NCBI GenBank assembly: GCA_963771175.1
Contig: CAVYSY010000026.1
Location: 160,001-224,000, forward strand
DNA from: an uncultured delta proteobacterium
GTDB taxonomy: Bacteria; Myxococcota; Myxococcia; Myxococcales; Myxococcaceae
DNA: 64,000 nucleotides
Direction: 5' to 3'
The position numbers were made by a program, and so were the translations under genes. Positions 61,578 to 64,000 of the stretch are shown here, one piece after another. Under the pieces are notes generated by a model. The model worked only from the letters and a program-made list of their open reading frames with translations. It ran no database searches and was not told the origin of the DNA. The number at the start of each line of letters is the position of its first letter. The first letter of the stretch is position 1.

Positions 61578-62819
61578 GTGCTCCCCGCGGAACAACTCGT
61601 TGCACTCCAGGAACCGCCTCCGGTGCCGGCGGTGGCGTTCACGCTGCGGCTCGGACAGGCGCTGCATCGCTACGGCACTCCGGCCCACCAACTGGAGGAG
61701 CAGATGCGGCTGGTCTCGCAACGGTTGGGGCTGGAGGCTCGCTTCTTCTCCACGCCCACCTCCATCTTCGCGTCCTTCGGTCCTCCCGAGGCGCTGCGCA
61801 CCAGCCTCATCCGCGTGGAGCCGGGGGAGCTGGACCTCGGACGGCTCGCCCACCTGGACGCGCTGGCGAACTCGGTCATCCGCGGTGAGCTCTCCCCCGA
61901 GGAGGGTGCGGAGCGCGTGGAGGCCGTCCTCTCCGAGCCCCCTCGCTACGGCAACGCCCTCCTCCTGCTGTGCTGGGCGCTCGCGGCGAGCGGCGGGGCC
62001 CGGCTCTTCGGCGGTGGCCCCCGGGAGATGGGCGTGGCGGCGGTCATCAGCCTCCTCATCGGCGGGTTGGATCTGTGGACGCGGCGAAAGCCCTCGACGG
62101 TCTGGGTGCTGGAGCCCGTGGCCGCCGTCCTCTCCTCGGCGCTCGCGGTCGTGGCGGCGAGCCTCCTGGGGCCCCTGTCCGTGCAGATCGTCACGCTCGC
62201 CGGCCTCATCGTGCTGCTGCCCGGCCTCAGCCTCACGGTGGCCATCAACGAGCTCGCCACGCGCAACCTCATCTCCGGCACGTCCCGGCTCATGGGCGCG
62301 GCGCTCGTGTTCCTGGAGCTCGGCTTCGGCGTGGCGCTGGGCACCCGGTTGACGGAGCTGTTCCCGCTGCCCGCGAAGCTCGGCCCGGTGCCCGCGCTCC
62401 CGGGGTGGACCGAGCCCCTCTCCCTCGTGCTGATGCTGTTCGCGGTGAGCATCCTCTTCCGGGCCCGGCCTCGGGACTGGGGGTGGATCGCCGTGGCCGG
62501 GACGCTCTCCTACGCGGGCTCCCGCCTGGGTGCGCAGGTCCTCGGGCCGCAGCTCGGCGCGTTCCTCGGCGCGCTCACCGTGGGGCTCGTCACCAACCTG
62601 CTCGCGCGGGCGCGCAACCGGCCCACCGTCATCACCCTGGTGCCCGCCATCATGCTGCTGGTGCCCGGCAGCATCGGGTTCCGCAGCATGGAGTCCCTGC
62701 TCGCCCGCGATGTGCTCGCGGGCGTGGACACCGCCTTCTCCATGCTCATGGTGGCGGTGGCCCTGGTGGCGGGCCTCCTGTTCGCCAACACCCTCTACCA
62801 GCCGCGCAAGGTGCTCTGA
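61578..62819 (+). CDS. ThrE-family threonine/serine exporter
   Basis: LHRYGTPAHQLE, LFGGG, LLPG...AINEL, LLVPGS; many TMs. Confidence 0.9.
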   Translation: MLPAEQLVALQEPPPVPAVAFTLRLGQALHRYGTPAHQLEEQMRLVSQRLGLEARFFSTPTSIFASFGPPEALRTSLIRVEPGELDLGRLAHLDALANSVIRGELSPEEGAERVEAVLSEPPRYGNALLLLCWALAASGGARLFGGGPREMGVAAVISLLIGGLDLWTRRKPSTVWVLEPVAAVLSSALAVVAASLLGPLSVQIVTLAGLIVLLPGLSLTVAINELATRNLISGTSRLMGAALVFLELGFGVALGTRLTELFPLPAKLGPVPALPGWTEPLSLVLMLFAVSILFRARPRDWGWIAVAGTLSYAGSRLGAQVLGPQLGAFLGALTVGLVTNLLARARNRPTVITLVPAIMLLVPGSIGFRSMESLLARDVLAGVDTAFSMLMVAVALVAGLLFANTLYQPRKVL

Positions 62820-62825
62820 GCCGCC

Positions 62826-64000
62826 TCAGCGCGGCGCGGCCCGGGCCTGCTCCACCGCGCGAAGGATGGCCTCCGGCGTCGCGGGCGAGGCCAGCTCCAC
62901 CGGCGTGCGCGGCGGCCCGAAGGCGGCGACCGCCTGCCGCAGCGCCGTCACCGCGCCGATGGCCAGCATGAAGGGAGGCTCTCCCACTGCCTTGCTGCCG
63001 TGGATGGTGTCGTCCTGCGGCGCGCGCTCCAGCAGCGAGACGCGGAAGTCCTCGGGCGCGTCCCCCACCGCCGGAATCTTGTACGTGTCCGGCGAGTGCG
63101 TGAGGAGCCGCCCCTTGGAGTCGAACAGCACCTCCTCGCACGTGAGCCACCCCAGGCCCTGGATGAAGCCGCCCTCCACCTGGCCCCGGTCGATGCTCGG
63201 CACGAGCGAGGTGCCCACGTCGTGGAGGATGTCCACCCGCCGCACGCGGTGCTCGCCGGTGAGGCCGCTCACCTCCACCTCCACCACGGCGGCACCGAAG
63301 GCGTAGTAGTGGAAGGGCTTCCCGCGCCCGGCCACCCGGTCGTACGTGATGTCCGGCGTGCGGTAGTAGCCCGTGGCCGACAGCGACACCTGCGCGAGGT
63401 ACGCGGCATGCACCACCTCGGCGAAGGACGCCGAGCGCTCGGGGCGCGAGTGCAGGAAGACGCGGCCCCCGGCGAAGACGAGCGCATCCGCCTCGCCGCC
63501 CCGCTCGAGTTGCAGCAGCCGCGCCGCCACCGGGCGCAGCCGCTCCCGGAGGACCTCGCACGCCTGCTTCACCGCCTGCCCGTTGAGGTCCGAGCCGCTG
63601 GAGGCCGCCGTGGCCGAGGTGTTGGGCACCTTGTCCGTGGCGGTGTGCATCACCCGCACGCGCTCGGGGAGCACGCCCAGCTCGTGGGCGCACACGGCCC
63701 GCATCTTGGTGTGCAGTCCCTGCCCCATCTCGGTGCCACCGTGGTTGAGCTGCACGGTGCCGTCCGTGTACACGACCACCAGGGCGCCGGCCTGGTTGAG
63801 GAAGCTCGTGGTGAAGGAGATGCCGAACTTCACCGGCTGGAAGCCGATGCCCCGCTTCGTCCACCGCGAGCTGGCATTGAAGGCGTCGATTTCCGCGCGG
63901 CGCCGGGCATAGTCGCTGGAGGCCAGCAGCTCCGCGTGGATGCGCTGCAGGCGGTTGCCCTCGACGACCTGGCCGTACTGGGTGACGTTCGCGGGCGCGT
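62826..64000 (-). CDS. xdhB: Xanthine dehydrogenase molybdopterin subunit, 3' part
   Basis: GGTEMGQGL, PNTSATAASSGSDLNG, GQVEGGFIQGLG, SKAVGEPP. Confidence 0.95.
   Translation of the reverse strand, partial: APANVTQYGQVVEGNRLQRIHAELLASSDYARRRAEIDAFNASSRWTKRGIGFQPVKFGISFTTSFLNQAGALVVVYTDGTVQLNHGGTEMGQGLHTKMRAVCAHELGVLPERVRVMHTATDKVPNTSATAASSGSDLNGQAVKQACEVLRERLRPVAARLLQLERGGEADALVFAGGRVFLHSRPERSASFAEVVHAAYLAQVSLSATGYYRTPDITYDRVAGRGKPFHYYAFGAAVVEVEVSGLTGEHRVRRVDILHDVGTSLVPSIDRGQVEGGFIQGLGWLTCEEVLFDSKGRLLTHSPDTYKIPAVGDAPEDFRVSLLERAPQDDTIHGSKAVGEPPFMLAIGAVTALRQAVAAFGPPRTPVELASPATPEAILRAVEQARAAPR

Noticed and set aside
43404..64000. Right att site for element 2
   Set aside because: No further copy of the tRNA-Asn 3' end found by eye.

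Overview
GC-rich myxobacterial chromosome window (Myxococcales, probably Archangiaceae/Myxococcaceae, judged from gene content). 1-29.3 kb is conserved core: a partial PigB/Alg9-like glycosyltransferase, dnaX-ybaB-recR, a masABK-like operon divergent from mglBA, a Glt-paralogous TPR/TonB-C cluster, a beta-barrel/OPX polysaccharide export pair, suhB, a peptidoglycan-recycling cluster and tRNA-Asn(GTT). dnaX is split: the clamp-loader part stops at 1989 and the tau C-terminal domain continues in the +1 frame across a TTT_CGC site, a candidate programmed +1 frameshift. At tRNA-Asn a ~10.2 kb integrated element is bounded by an exact 46-bp att duplication. It carries an integrase with a non-canonical active site, an excisionase-like gene, a rep-like gene next to a bidirectional 19-bp iteron array, a possible TerS-like gene, a PD-(D/E)XK nuclease and a SitA5-type lipoprotein toxin with a DUF2283-like immunity gene, i.e. 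a phage-satellite-like toxin carrier. A decayed sibling element follows in tandem, with a different toxin tip and cognate immunity but keeping the first immunity as an orphan. Then come a LysR-controlled redox cluster, a toxin/SMI1 relic and ordinary genes (pabABC-like, rnk, a DUF4258/MqsA-like TA pair, ThrE, xdhB). Many single-base frameshifts suggest indel errors in the assembly, so all pseudogene and frameshift calls need read-level checking. Family assignments come from motif recognition, not database searches.
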